Source: Raillietiella orientalis (lineage: Eukaryota). Taken from it: a stretch of 64,000 bases of DNA. Every line of letters starts with the position of its first letter. The stretch's first letter is position 1. Positions 27,388-44,500 of this stretch are shown one piece after another. Both the position numbers and the translations under genes were made by a program. The stretch is from NCBI GenBank assembly GCA_036172245.1, contig JAYWIR010000005.1, positions 620,001 to 684,000 on the forward strand, in the 5' to 3' direction. The notes below the pieces were generated by a model. The model saw only the letters and a program-made list of their open reading frames with translations. It was not told the DNA's origin and made no database searches.

Positions 27388-29384
27388 AATTCTAAATATC
27401 ACACATGCAAAATGGTTGTAGACAGAAACAAGAGACCAAACGGGAAGATGTTTCATTAGAGGTGCAGCACACTTCCTTTGTGTGTGATGGACATGAATTG
27501 TGGGGGGCGGCTCGAAGAACGCCAGAAACGACCGACTCTCTCAAGAGACAAGCAAGCGTCCTTGCCATCGAGATGTCAGATCGTCTTGCACGCGTCGCAT
27601 GCTGAGGGAGTCGCAAAGCAAGCATGGATAAGAAGAAAACCTCTAAAATGCGATTGAAGAAGCTTCGCCCGGCGACGTTGCCGTACCAACACCATCATTC
27701 AGTGGAGGTTTTGGCATCCCTCCAAGAGCAAAGTGAACCGTGCACAATGGACCACCCCCGCCAGCCGGTCCCCCAATCCCTGAACGTCAACGGAAGAAAA
27801 CCATCGTTCAACGTGTTCAAAGCTCCGTGGACTTTGTCTTCGACAAAGTCCACCGTTGGGTGAAGGAAAGTTGAGGCGCTCGGTTTTCAAGGAACGCGAC
27901 GCTCGGGTCAGACCGAACAAGAACGAAAAGTGCTCTAGGAAATTTTGTTAGCCCGCCAACGTGGAGGGGACAGGGACGGGCTTGGTAGGGCAGGCACCAC
28001 CTGGAACAACAAATCACATCGCACGCTCTTTGGTGAGACATGAGCTAGTCAAGCATGACCCGAATAGCTTGCCAGGATCTCATTGTGTCAACGGACGGAC
28101 GGAACGAGCTGCATGATTACTGAATGAATCATTCTGCACACAAAAGACTCCGCGTTCCAAACGAGAATGCCACGTCGTGGTGGTGAGGGGGTGGGGGAGG
28201 AGATTCCAGCACAAAAAGGCAGAAACCGAAACTGAGGAGAGCAGGCGGGGATGATCTTCCTTGATTCACCGGGTGACGAAAGAACTTCCGCTCGTTCCCG
28301 GGAGTCACCGGGGTATCAGTGACTGATAGGGGGAGTTTGTTGCACTGCCTGTGCGAGTGGTGATGATCCATGGAGGAAGGATGTTTGTTGCAAGATCTCG
28401 GAGTCTTCCTCCAAAGTTGGGGTTAGCCCAGTGATATGTATGATGGGGCATGCGGTTGAAAACGAGCGAACCTTGAAAATCACGTCGGAATCGTGCTTAG
28501 GCAGCGTCGTGTTTTACCAAATAGGGAAATCCCTCCCCTCCCCTCCCCCGTCTTCAATACACGGAGTAATCAATAAATCCAAGACCACAAACGGTAGAAC
28601 GTAACTTTTGAACTGTTTGAGGGAATTTTCGAGCATCCTCACTTCGTTTGCAACTTCTCGAACGAAGCAGGGATTTTAAAAAATGGTGCCTTAGTAAGCT
28701 TGCAGTAAATTAGCATTAATCTGCTTAGATACTGCTTTTGCTTATTTCAAAGCGCGCACTTGTTCGGTTTCATCAAAATAATAAATTGCCTACTCAGCCA
28801 GGTTAAATCAAAAGAGCATACATACATTCATGATACATAGATTCCACGGTACAAAAGTTTCATGTGTACATGTCAAAATGCAGAGGGTTTGAGAAATGAA
28901 TAAAAAACAACAACAAAAAAAAAGGCCGACTTGTGCATCTTTAAATGAATTCCTTGTGCGATTAGTTTGGTAGTAAACTGTCTATCACTGCAAATGTGTG
29001 TTTGTTTCCCGGTGTTTCGTTTTGTATTCAACTGCTTTGAGTTGCTGGATACTGGACTGCATCTTGCAAGATGCCTTTTTTTTTTTTTGAAAAAAAGAAA
29101 TACATATATTTAAGAGGTTGATTTGGTGCCTAAACATTCATTATCAACAAGATGGCAAAAAATCATGATTCCAGCAACTCCGAAGAAAATTTTCGGAATA
29201 AGGGGTAATCATGTTTCTATTTTTGTGGTAATTGCCTTGCGAGCAGTGAAATCAAAACATCAGTCCATAGAGATTGATGTGTGTCGCTACATCGCACCCA
29301 TGCAACCATTCAATGTAATAATGGATGCATAAGTATGACTGCTTCCATACATGAGATAAAGGAAGTTGTAAAACAGCTACCTAC

Positions 29385-29988
29385 CAGCAGCATAGCTTCT
29401 TGTCTTTTGGCACCAAGTCTCTGCACACCTGTATTGTTTTCATATCTAGATAGCTCACTGTGCAATAAATCCTAAAGGCAGATTCAATGAAGTTCAAATT
29501 TTTTTTTTTCCATGTCTGTTGCATTTTTTTTTACTTTACTTTTTCTGCTCGAGATATTCTCAATTTATCTTGTAAGTTGGCTACTTCTTGAGAACATTGG
29601 TTCAGGTTTTGAACGAGGATTCCATTGGCAAACTCTTGCTCCTGTAACATTTTTTATATTCTTTGTTTCTCATATCATTGGTCACACTACATTCAGAGTG
29701 CTCCTCAAAGCAATAAGTTCCCTGTCTTGTAGACTGCTGAAAGCTTCCTGGCAAACCATGTTTCCATGGTTGTCAATGCAGAGGTTTTCATGAATGTGGC
29801 TGTTGCCTTTGCTTTGTGGAATTTGAAGGGGAAGGAAAGGAAGAGTAGTGTATGCATTACTTACAGTTTTCTGAGATTTGGGGGCTAGTAGATGTGGGAT
29901 ATAAGCATCCAGAAGTATCATGGAAGGTTAGTGCATTTTCCCAAGATTGATGTCGATACTTTTCCAGCTCTTCATATGGCCATTCCAT
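29385..29988 (-). CDS. Four-exon coiled-coil reading frame directly downstream of Akt (possibly the 5' part of the PACT gene)
   Basis: Exons 29988-29865, 29806-29691, 29641-29540 and 29471-29385, joined by GT-AG introns of 58, 49 and 68 nt, give an unbroken frame MEWPYEELEKYRH...QDRELIALRSTLNEQEFANGILVQNLNQCSQEVANLQDKLRISRAEKDLLHSELSRYE...AMLL, ending at another donor. Confidence 0.68.
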
Positions 29989-30084
29989 GTTTGCCAGAGC
30001 AACAGTCACAACTTCATTCTAGAATGTGCTTTGCCATTGTTTCAGAAAAAGACAAGGCTAATAATGATTCACAACAACAAGAGC

Positions 30085-30090
30085 TTTATT
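30085..30090 (-). terminator. Candidate Akt polyadenylation signal AATAAA
   Basis: TTTATT on plus, ~140 nt after the Akt stop, followed on minus by GU/U-rich ttgttgttgtg and ttgtctttttct. Confidence 0.5.
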
Positions 30091-30232
30091 ACATAATGCT
30101 TGCAACATTCTGTGCCAACATAGGCAGCATCAAATATGAAATGGGAAAGGCATAATCCAGACTTGATTTGCGGATTTACATGGGAATGAGATCTGCTTGG
30201 TATTCCTCTTGTGCTAAGTTGGTTAGGAAATA

Positions 30233-32740
<2,508 letters not shown>

Positions 32741-35700
32741 TTTCAAAATCTGCCACACTATCAAAGTATGTTGTAATCACATTTTAGCTCTATCTAAATT
32801 GGAAGTAATGTGGTTCATTCAGGCAGGTCACAATTTGAGACAAATAGCTGAAGCAAAGGACTAAACAAATACCTGGAAACAACCAGCAAACATGAATAAA
32901 ACCTGGAGGATTCTCTCCATGTTAAAAGGAATTAGAGAATTGTTATGGAAAGTATACATGCCACTTTGTTTTGCAAAAGGAAAAATGCCCTACAACTATG
33001 GTTTTAAACTGTACTCGAAACTTCCAACATAAAATATGCACACGTAAATCTTTGATGTGTTAGCAAGTCACCTTTTTATGAATAATGAATCAAACAATAA
33101 GCATGGTTTTCATACTTTGGCTGATTTGCATTGATTTTTTGAACATTTGGTTTCTCAAGGGGTTGCCATGAACATGATTAAGTCTATGAAATCCAGTTCA
33201 TCAATGGAGAAATGTTTTTTGCAGTTCACTGAGGTTAAGACTGAAGTTATTCTCTACTATTAAATGATCACAGTAACTGAAACTACCGAATCAACCGACT
33301 CTTTCTGTTTCTTTTTTTTTACACGCCACCGAAATTGCTTGTTGAATCATATGGAATTCAAGTAGCAGTCCAGAGAAAATGTAAATATGCCACATTCATC
33401 TATGATTTGCACACTTTGTCAAACGCAGAGGAAATGGAAGCAGTGTTCAATCACTTCAGTTATACCAACATTTATACGTACAAAACATGGATTATATTAA
33501 CTGAAATGTTCTGCATGACCACTACAGAGGAGGGCACCAACAAATTTTCCATGACCTAGGGATTCGGAATGTACGTCATGCATACACCACAGTAAAGCCA
33601 GGAAGCTCTGTCTGTGGCTTTTGGGATATGGGAAACCACATCCCAAAAGTATTTGCTGGAAGGCTGTTTGAAAGCATTGGCTTTCCAATCTGCCAAAACA
33701 GCAAACCAAATCGTCTGTTCGCATTTATGCACTCCAAGAAATGAAAGCAAATCTCGAATTTTACAAAAAGGCCATACGAGTGGCTCAGTTTTTTTTTGTT
33801 GCATAAAGGCTGATTGTTTGAATAAGTTTACTTACCTATCATAACAAGGAAACCTGCGAGTGTAGCACTACTTGCATGGTTTACAAACCAGAGTTACATT
33901 GAAAAAGTAAACAGAAAAACCTTCAGAAGCTCAGTACAAAAGTGAACGGCTTGGTGGCTTCAGTTCGTAAATTATGGACCACAGAGTTCTTCGAATGTGA
34001 CTTGCTGTGTTTGAGGGCTGAAACTGTTACACGTAAACAAGATGCCAACGTGTTCACAACAATGATCGAACAGAAATGTCAACGATAACATACAATCCGA
34101 GTTCATGAATGAGTGTAAAGTGACGTCACGACCGCCAGCCAATCACCGAACTCACTACATGGGCTGTGATGAAAGTTTTTGTAAGGCCAGGAGTTTCGTT
34201 TTCCGATTGCAAACGTGATGCTCTGAAGTGCCTCGGAGGAATTCGCTGCTGCTGCTCCAAGACTGCTTGCTGCTGTCATTGCATCACATTTCGTCGGCTG
34301 CGGCTGTAAGGGGGGGAAAAAATCATTTGTGGCAGTCCTTCTTAGATGAGTACACGTTATCTAGCCTCACTTGGAAATCCTATGCACTCTCAAAGAAACA
34401 CCATAACCACATGAACGCGAAGAATAAATAATAATAATAAAAAAGGACAGCCGTTTCGAACACTCCGTCTTTTACTTCCCGTTTGCTGTGGCGTATTTTG
34501 TGTTCGCCGAATGTGGCGCCCCTTGCCCCCCCCCCTCGAAAAAAAAAAATTGTGTGTGTGTGTCCCTCACCAGAGTTTGTTAAACCTTTTTCGTGTGTGT
34601 TTTCTTGTTCTCATTTCGGAGAAAGTGGGACGGGAATAAAATTCGAAATTTCGTAGCTGGAAGCGTTCACGATCAGTCAATCATTTCCTTCGTGGTTACG
34701 CAGGCATCCTCAGTGGATCAAGTCGGAATTCTTCAAATGCTTCATGCACCGTGCAAAATGTTTACCAGCTTATAAAAAAAGAAATATCACAAACGAAGCT
34801 GGTAATCATGGCATCCTGGCAGAATATTTCCAGAAAGATTTCAGCCACCGGATGAGACAGGCGTCGGTAGCAAACCCAAACTGGTTGGTAATCCCAAACA
34901 GGCGTTCTCGGAAAAGAGGGGTTCACTAACTGCACTGAATGCGTTGGTGAGCTGGAATCATTAGCATACTAAAAGCCGTCAGCTAATTTCCATACCTTCT
35001 GCGTTGCTTTTCGATTTTCCAAATTACCTTAAGCAGAGGGGAAATGAGGCAAACGGACACCTGTCTGTTATTGTAAACTTGCGTCTCCATCCTTTGGGAA
35101 AGTCCGTCCTTGCTAGAATTTCTTTTAGTTTATTCTTGCTATTAGGTGCAAGAAGACATTTGGTTAGGTCTTTGGCGTAGCCGTCGGGTTAGCGAGACTA
35201 AAAAAAAAAAAAAGAAGAAAAACAACAACAACAACTAACTGCAGTTGCTGCTGCAAAGCACAGCTTCCTTTCATCCAGCCACTTTGCTCTTCGTTAGTAG
35301 GTGTTTTGTAGCGTTCACGTGGACATCAGTGGACATTCCATGCAGCGCGTGTGGATGCCGAAAATCTCCACTCTCTGGTGTCTCAAGGCGTCAGTACGAT
35401 ATTTATCCATTCCCCCCCCCCCCTTTCCCTCGCTTGTACGCTCGGATTTTCGCGATTTTTGTCTTTCTTTCCGTGCAATTTGACACAAGTACAACAGGCG
35501 ATTCTTCGCACCTTGACTGATCTAATCTATGCAGTACGCGATGGGAAAAAAAGTATCATTACGAAAAGCAAGAAGGATCCGTTATTCTTTTTTGTGTTTT
35601 TCTTTTTCTTTCTGTAGCAGTGGTCTGCTGTGGAGTATTCGAACCAGTCTTCTTCTACCACCTGTTCGTGAAGCCGTCAGCGCAAGTCTACGTTTCACGG

Positions 35701-38700
35701 TGCAGTGTCTTCTTGGAAAGAGGAAAATTAAAGTCAGCCCGATGGAATGTTGGGGTGGCTTCCAGGAACGTTGGGTTCCTCGAATGTGTTCCTGATCCCG
35801 GAAGAGAGGAGGCAGCGGAGCCGCAGCGATCGGGCAGAACGAATTCCTCGCAGCAGTTCGCGCGGATTCCCTCCGTGCAAAACCCTCCCCAGCACTGATT
35901 TGCAGGGGGGCAATCAAGAACCAATCTGTCTGTCGTAGCGCAGACTTATTTAGTCCCTCCACAAATTAACCGTTCCAATTTGAGTTCTGGGAAAACGGGG
36001 GTCAAAGAATATTAATAGGCAGAACTCATCTGTCAAGCTACACGTTATCAGCACACGACAAGTTTAGGTATGCTGAGAAGGGGATGAAGGACGGGCCGAC
36101 ACTTGGTCACCGCGACGCGGGTCAGGAAGAAATTGGTTTGCACGCGCAGAAGACAAAGCATGCCTTCTGCGAAAGCAGAGGTCCACTCTCCCTTGCTGCG
36201 TTTTTCCACTCCTGCCTCTTGTGGCATCTATAAGGAGAGACGTGCAAGGACTGCGCCTTCTTGTCACGCTTCCCTTTCCTCACCTTTAGGTTCCTCACAT
36301 ATCCTCGTCCTTAAGGGAACAAAGGGTGTTCTCGTGAGAGCTGACAACACATTAGAAGACGAACGTTTGCAGCCAGGAACTGGTAAACGAAACGTTTGCA
36401 AACGACATTTCTTCCTATGGAACAGACTGTTAGACTCCTTCAATTTTGTAAAAAAGAAGACAAAAAAAAAAAAAAAAACACCCGATCGGAGGACGCTTCT
36501 TCGAGTATTTATTTCGCACGATAATAATTTTCTTTTTTCCCCCTTAAATTTCGCCTGTTCATTCACGATCTGTGCATTTCTCTTTCATCATCCTAAGCTC
36601 CATCCCACCTGGCTCACGTACTTCAAGTTCGGCCTAGTTTCCCGTTCCTTCGCCAGCTCCGACCCTTCTTCATGGCACCTTCGCGAGCAAACAAAACCCA
36701 ACGACGACGATTGCTCCTCCTGCTCTTCTTCCTTCAGTCTTAAGTTCGAAATTGACTGGACGATTTTGTTAGGCAAGGAGAGACGATTGTAAGACATCAG
36801 GGGAGTTGCAGCCATTACGGCAAGCCGGGACTGCCATGTCTCTCCCGGTGCAAAGTGAAAGAACCAGATGCTCTGTGCTATTCCTAGAATTCTCGCTGTT
36901 TGCTCGCGGTGTCGAGGTTTCACGCTCAGCGTGGCTTCCCACGTGCTGATGCCGCTCAGGCGGCAAGCCCACCCACCCACTCCTCTAGGAAAGAATAGGT
37001 CCGACAGCTGCCCGACGCAAATTTCGCGAACCCCACACAGCAAGCGGGAAGCAGCACCTCTCGATGGGCCGTAGGGCCGCACTCTTGCGGAGCTCTGAAC
37101 CCTGCTCAGCGGAGCGGATCTTGCCCAGGCGGGCCGAGACCGTGGAAACTGCTTGCTGCAAATGCATTCTCGTAGCTTTGGAAACGGAAGATCCGCTCGC
37201 ATTGGACGAGGCGACGACGTGCGAAGCGCGCCTGAAAACTTCATATTCACACACCCAACACTTTTTTTTTTTTGCGTGTTTTTTTTTCTTTTTTTTTTTT
37301 TTTTTACACACAGCACCTGTGTTTCACAGCGTTGGAACTGCAACTCTTGAGGGAAGGCGACATCACATGAACGCAGCCATAGCGGCCGAGGAATTGATTT
37401 TCAGTCCTTGGCTTCACGAAGGAATGGCGTGTTTGTTTGTTTTTTCTTTTTCTTTTCTTTCTGGTCGTAGAGAATTTCGGGCGTGTCTTCGGCCGTCGCT
37501 GTAATTTGTTGCTGGGGACGCACGAAACGTTCTGTCAAAAACAATGCGGCTTTCCGAAAGAATGGCTGCAACGAGATGTTGGCGTGTGTGTTCCTCAGGC
37601 ACTTCTGGAACAGTTGAGAAGATTAGTGCGTTACCGTTTCGGTATCCCCTCTTTTGCCCATTTGACCATGTCCGTGCTAATTGTTCCATGGGATTGTCTT
37701 TCTTTGTAATTGTGCCACCTTGAAGGTGTTTACGGTTAAATGATCATGGATTTGCTGGATTAACTGTCGTCCCTGTTAATGACCTTTCGTTCCGCATCAC
37801 TAAGCACGCGATTGTCCCTCCCGCCGGTTATGATAATTTAAAGGGAATGTCTGGAATTCGGTGAGCACTTCCATAGCAATCCGAACGTGGAGAAACAGCG
37901 AGCAAGGATCGGTCTTTCGGTGCTTCACGCGGGAGAACATGATCGCATCCGTTGACCTTCCACTAGAATCCTCACGTAGTCACCACTGACTTCTGGTGTA
38001 CTGAGGTCTTCCCGTTTAAGCACCCAGCAACAGAAGGGTTGTTGCGCAGGTCAGTCTAAACTTGGGAAAAGTCTGCCTTCTGGTTGATCCCATTCCACTG
38101 ATTCTCACCTGGCCAGCATGTTGGTCAATGGTATTGCAACAGCACCTACCTGACTACGAGACCAACAGCATGCTGATCTCGCTTGTTGCTGCGATGCGAA
38201 AAAAAAAATCCTAGTTGGGACATCTGCATTTTTTGATTTCGGAAAGCAGTTCAACGAGGAATTTCTGATTCCAGGACTCCATGCGGTTTGCCGCGTTTCA
38301 TCATTCATCAATGAGGATTTTTTGTAGCTCATCGCACGAGTGATGCCGCGCGTTATTTTTGCGACGCTGCAAATTCGTAAGTGCCTATCGAGGCAGTGTC
38401 ATTAAATATTAAAATACTACTAATTACTATTTTAATCCTCACAGTTTTGATAGTCAGTAGCACCATAGCTACTGACTATGGGGCAATCTATGAAACAGCA
38501 GCTCTCATCGTGCGTCTGATGAATCTGGAGCAATCGCCTGACATCTCCCATTTAAAATCCATTGGGATGGGCAAATTCTTTCAGTGAGATCCTGGGCAAG
38601 AAACGGATGTATGTGCACATGCACGACAGCTAATAGGGCATGGTTACGTACTTGAAAAAAAAAAAAAAAATTTAAATCAAAACTTTCAAGCATTGAAAGC

Positions 38701-41596
38701 CTTTCAAGCCGGAAAGCATTGAATTGACCAAGCCCAGACTTCATTGGATATTATGTACGTTTTTCCAATCTGTGCTAAAGAAAAACCAAGAGGTTATTAC
38801 TTCAAAGTCATGAAAGTACTCAAAATTGAGGTGGGAGGTATAAGTGATCAAAGGTTGCATTCATCGACTCCGATCCAGAGTTCAGTAATTTTTTTCTTCT
38901 CTCTCTCTCTCTCCCTCCCTCTGCAGGTCTTATTAAACACGATTTAGTAAGCAGGTTTTTAAATTAAGCATGTGTGGAAGGAATAGAGCTTATGTCGCAT
39001 GGAATCCCGAATTCTCTGGTCTTCAGGGTTTTCGAAAGAACTACACCCAACTTGGATCTGTTCCATTATTTGACACTAAACATTTTCGGACAGAGTTGAC
39101 GAAAAGCGAGCAGCTTATGATGATCCCTTGATCAAATCAATTTCTGTAGATGATAGAAATGCTTCCAATCCATTCTACTGATCCTGAGTTTTCCAGCACT
39201 GAAAAAACAGCATCTTTGAGAATTCAGGGGTCCCCAGTCCGATGCTATTTATGTAAGGGGAACCGTTTTTACAAGCATACTCCATCCTCTCGCGAATTCT
39301 TCAAAGATTATCAGCATCGAATCGTTGCTATGCAGGCTACAATGCATTCCTTTTATGACTCGTGATTCCCTCCCTTTTCTTTAGATTTGCTCTGGAGTAG
39401 ATCCATACTGAGGATACTTCAGGAGTACTTTCGTTATTTTCTATTCAAACTGTTTTTTGAAAGCTCTTCATGGCATCTTGGAAAGCAGAAGCACAAGAAG
39501 GCAGCGACCATCATTTTGTTTCTTGTTCAAAGCATCCTCCCCTAATTTTGAGCATCCCTTGTAGATTTATATGAAACAGCTGATGTCAGAGCCGGTCTAT
39601 TCGTAGGGACGCAACTGCACTCCCAACTATCAGAGAATTTTGAACTTTGTACTCTATCATATCTGCAGCTCGCCTTGGTATTCCTGTTCTTAATTTTAAA
39701 CTCTCCTATACATGAACGCATCCTACTATCCCTGATGGTTATGATAATTGCCAGAAATATTTTTGCATCCAGAAATCATTCATGTGAAAGTTGTGCAGCA
39801 TTTGAAAGCTCTAGAATCTCTCTCCAGTGCGCTTTCAATTTAACCACAGTCCAGCTTTCGTCCTAGCCCCTTTGAAAAAAACACGGCACTGTCGAGAAAC
39901 ATTTTCAATTTACAGCATGAAATTTTCTTGAATCTATGAATGCCAGCGAGGCGGTCAGTTGTCGCACCTACGCTTGATAGCTTCGTTTACAGTGTTTTCA
40001 TGACGTTGGATTCTTTGAAAGTGGGTGTTGCTTTTTGACAGTTGGTTCTACAAGCAACTTGGAAGCTGAGGTGATGTTTTACGGCTTGATAAGCTGATGC
40101 AATCGTGATTGAATCGCCTGAAATCAGCGTTTTCATGGAAATAGTCTTGCATTGTTTTTTTCTTACTTGCATTGAAATTTTTCTGCATCGCTGGTTGGAG
40201 TTATATACACTGTATGTACAACTCCTACACCTTCAAATTTCTCAAGTGTTTTAAGGGAAGCTTTGAATCCACTTCCATCAACCATATTGTGGTTGGAGCC
40301 TTAGTCATTCAAGCGGCAAAGGCAATTTTCTAAGTAAGTAATTGGATGTCGGTTGAAGCGTCAGGCAAGATTAAATGAAGCCAGTGCATGGAGACTAGAA
40401 AACATCAGTATTATAAGCAGCTAAGGGGGTCGAGTTTTAATGATCTGTGAGGGATGTCAGCAAAAGGGTGATTAATCGGCATGAACTGCTTTTATTTCAA
40501 GTCGCATTTCAAAACTTTGAAACACTTTAAACCTCTAACTACGCAGAGTTGCTAAGGTACTTTCTATGGCTCTGCTTTCAATTCATAGGTCACTCAAGTG
40601 TTTCTGTCTGATGTGAAAATCTGCGTTATACTCTTTATTTTTGACAGTTCACAGTTGCTTAACATTTCGCCTGAGGAAAGGATGCATTTTATTCTGGAAA
40701 TGCATGGATCCAAAAGGCCGGTGAGATTGATATGTATACTCCAGCAATTCACCAATGATTAATGGAATGATTCTCATTTCTTTTACTGGAAGGTTCAAAA
40801 AAAAAAACTAGGAGAACTTTTCAAAGTGAAAATAAAGCAAAAAAAAGTAATGATGCAATAGAAAGATAATGTTGAGACAATCATCCTAAATATGACTGCT
40901 GTATATTGAAATTCTTACAGTTTTTCTTCACTATTGTAAATGTGCTCAGCAGTTGGTGTACTTGTCAAATACATTTCTTGTTTGTAAACTGACTGCCACA
41001 ATCTCCTACGAAAAGACCTTTTCTATGATGTAAAGTTCCTAGAGAGGGACTTTGACCTAGTTTTCTGCTTCTGATTTCCTTTTTTTAAGCACACTTAAAA
41101 AAGAAATAAATTCTGGTAATGAATTTGTGTGTGTGCGTTTTTTTTTTTTTAAAAAAAAAAGCTAAAAGGGATTTTTTTGAATCAGTCGAAATTTAAAAAA
41201 TTTTCCGAAATGCAATTTTCTAAAGACTATACCAAAATATATTTGCATCCAAAATGAGGATTTTGTATTGTCAGGGGTCGGTGAAAAGGAGGCGCGTATC
41301 CTATTATCAACGGTAGGGGCTTCCTAACAAGGAAACAGGGTGCTTGGAAAACAAACTTTGCTTCTTCGATCCAGTTTGCATTTCCCCGCTCTATTTTTTT
41401 CCTCAACGTTTCCAAACTTGGACGTGGGAAAAGACCCCCCCCCACTTTGGGGTGGCAGGCTGCAAAATGCAAAAGTCCTGAACCGGGGACTCGGGCCCTC
41501 CTGGATTCCGCTGGGCCGCGAGCTGGTAACGTTGGTTGCATTGCTTTTCGGTAAAATGGAGTGTGCACTTCTGGCGTGAGATTTTTTTTGTGAAGA

Positions 41597-44500
41597 ATGG
41601 CGAGTCAGCTGGAGCCCTGGTTGCATCAGGTCAAGATTCCAAAGCCTTCTGACAGAATATACAAGGATGAATGTGTGTTCTGCTTTGATACGCCGGTAAG
41701 GATTTCATCCGTTCTCGTCTGTGTATGTATACAGGAATTATCCCCTTCATCGTGTGGCCGTAAATTCCTTTGATAATATTTGCCTTTGCATAATATGACT
41801 CAGTTTACTTGGATCATTAGTGTATGTGCATGATTGTAAACCAGTTTTTCCAAATGAGGTGTACGTTTCCCATCTCGGTGGTTGCTAGAAAAGCTGAGCA
41901 ATGAAAGTAAGAAACTTGGTTCCCTGAATGTTTGGTAAAAAAAAAAAAGAAAAAAAGAAAAAAAATCATACCGCATCTCCATTTTAAACAGTCTTCTGCA
42001 TTATCAAATGCTCCAATTAGATCATACTGAATTTACATTAGATTTGTACTTTAGGAAAGCCCCACAGGTTTGTATGTTTGCCTGCATGATTTTCTTGGGT
42101 TTGGACAACCTTATATTGAATTACATGCAAACAAAACGGGTCATCGTGTGTACTTACATCTGAGAAGAATACGCAAGGAAGTAAGTAGCAGACAAAATTT
42201 AATGTTATTTTTATTATATGGTAGAGTGGTAAAAATGATTCTAAAGAGAAAATAACAAGGTTAGCAATTGGAGTAGAAGGAGGTTTTGGAAATCATCAGC
42301 CAGAATATGAAGATATAAATGCAATATTTATTTTTCCAGACACTATTGAAATATTACTTCCACATTCAAAACTACCTGAACTGGTAAATTCCCCTTTTTT
42401 GCTTCATTATGCTTCACTTATTATGAAGGTGGAAAAAAGCATAAAAGCCGTTTTGAATGCAGACTCTGGTACACATTTGGATCAGCTGGTTTCTTGGGAT
42501 GGTGAAAAACGAAAAATTAGCAAGTATGGCATTTCAGGAATGTTTTGTGTATGCCTCTTTTTTCATGTTCAGATTTGCCAAGTCACTGACCCAGTTGAGT
42601 AATGTACCTATTATTGGTACAGAGGGATGGTGCTGTGAGCATTGCGATAAAACGGAAAATTTGTGGCTCAATCTTACTGATGGTCGAATTATGTGTGGTC
42701 GGAGGTTTTACGATGGTTCTGGTGGCAACAATCATGCTTTGGAACATTACAAGACAACAGGGTATCCATTGGCTGTCAAATTAGGCACAATTACCGCGAA
42801 TGGAAGAGGAGATGTGTTTAGTTATGAGGAAGATGAAATGGTGGATGATCCATATTTAGAGCAACATCTAGCCCACTTTGGTGTCAATTTGGCCAGTCTG
42901 CAGAAAGTGAGTAGGATGGAGCATATTGTGACCTTTGTGGTGTAGACAGACAAGACAATGACTGAATTGGAAATTGATTATAACAAGAGAGTGGGTGAGT
43001 GGGCTACTATTCAAGAGTCAGGAAGCCAGCTGACTCCAATGTATGGTCCTGGATACACTGGAATGGCAAATCTGGGCAACTCCTGCTACCTGAACAGCAC
43101 AATGCAAGTGGTTTTTTCTTTGAAAATTTTTCAGCATAAGTGAGTAGATTTCTCACTCTCTGGGAACAAAATGTTGCTTAGGTATGTAGATGCAGCACGG
43201 AATACATTTGTTCGTTGTGTTTCAAACCCAGCCCATGATTTCAATGTGCAAATGTAAGTTCCAAGCTGTTCTGTGGTGGATGATTATCCCATCCTTTGTC
43301 AGGTGCAAATTAGGGGAAGGATTAATGAGTGGTCGCTATTCAAATCCTCCATCAAAGGATGGAAACTCAGATAATTCTCCATGTGGCATCAAACCCACCA
43401 TGTTCAAACTCCTGGTTGGTCAAGGACATCCTGAATTCTCCACTAATCATCAGCAAGATGCTCAAGAGTTTTTGCTCCATCTCATCAATATGGTTGAGGT
43501 ATGCTGAAACTAGCATTGGTTAATGGCATGCATCGTTCATCTTTAGAGAAACAGCTATCGATCTGTCAATCCAGCAAATTGGTTCCGATTTCGTGTGGAA
43601 GATAAGATTGTGTCTAGTTCTTCAGAGGTCTTATCTTGCAAATATCGAACAGAGTATCACTTGCCACTGCCCATCCCTATAGATGATACTGATAATGCCT
43701 TGGAACAAGGCTCTATGCCTTGGGTATCACTAAGTGATTGCATAGAAGCATTTTCTAAGCCAGAGTGCATAAACCAGTTTTTTAGCAGTTCTGTAGGTGC
43801 AACTATAGATGCATTTAAGTAAGTTAGGGCATACTTTGGTTGCATCTGGATTGGGGCCTTAGAACTATTAGGCTGGTTACGTTTCCCGAGGTGCTGATAA
43901 TTCAGTTGAAAAAATTCCGTTTGGGAAGTAACTCAGTTCCTTACAAATTGGATGTTGGTGTTCGAGTGCCAGATGAACTGGACATCTCAGCACTAAGGGC
44001 TGTGGATCCTAAAGATGATCTTCAGTCTGTCTCAGATCAATCCAATATTGACATGGCAATACTTGAAGAATTATTGATGATGGGATTCCCTGTAGAAGCT
44101 TGCAAGCGAGCAATATACCATACTGCTAACAATGGACTTGATGAGGCAGTGGGCTGGATCATGAATCACATGAATGATCCTGATTTTGATGAGCCTTTTG
44201 CTATTCAAGATGCAGCCAATTCGATTTGTGAACCATCAGAAGAAAAGATAGCGTGTATGCTGTCTTTAGGAATCTCGAGAGAGGAGGCTGTTTGTGCTCT
44301 CAAGTGCTCAGGGGATGATTTGGAAGCTGCATATGAATACCTGTTTACTAATCTGCAAGATACCCCGAATCGTGTGTTCAATACAAGCAGAAGATTTGAG
44401 GATGGTCCTGGATGTGAGTCAGTTTGTCTGTCTGGCAATGTTTCATTTCCATTTCAGGTTACCGCCTTATGGCTTTTATTTCTCATATGGGTTCCTCTAC

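Noticed and set aside
37800..40400. Possible TE remnants between Akt and USP5
   Set aside because: Only stop-riddled fragments without diagnostic motifs.
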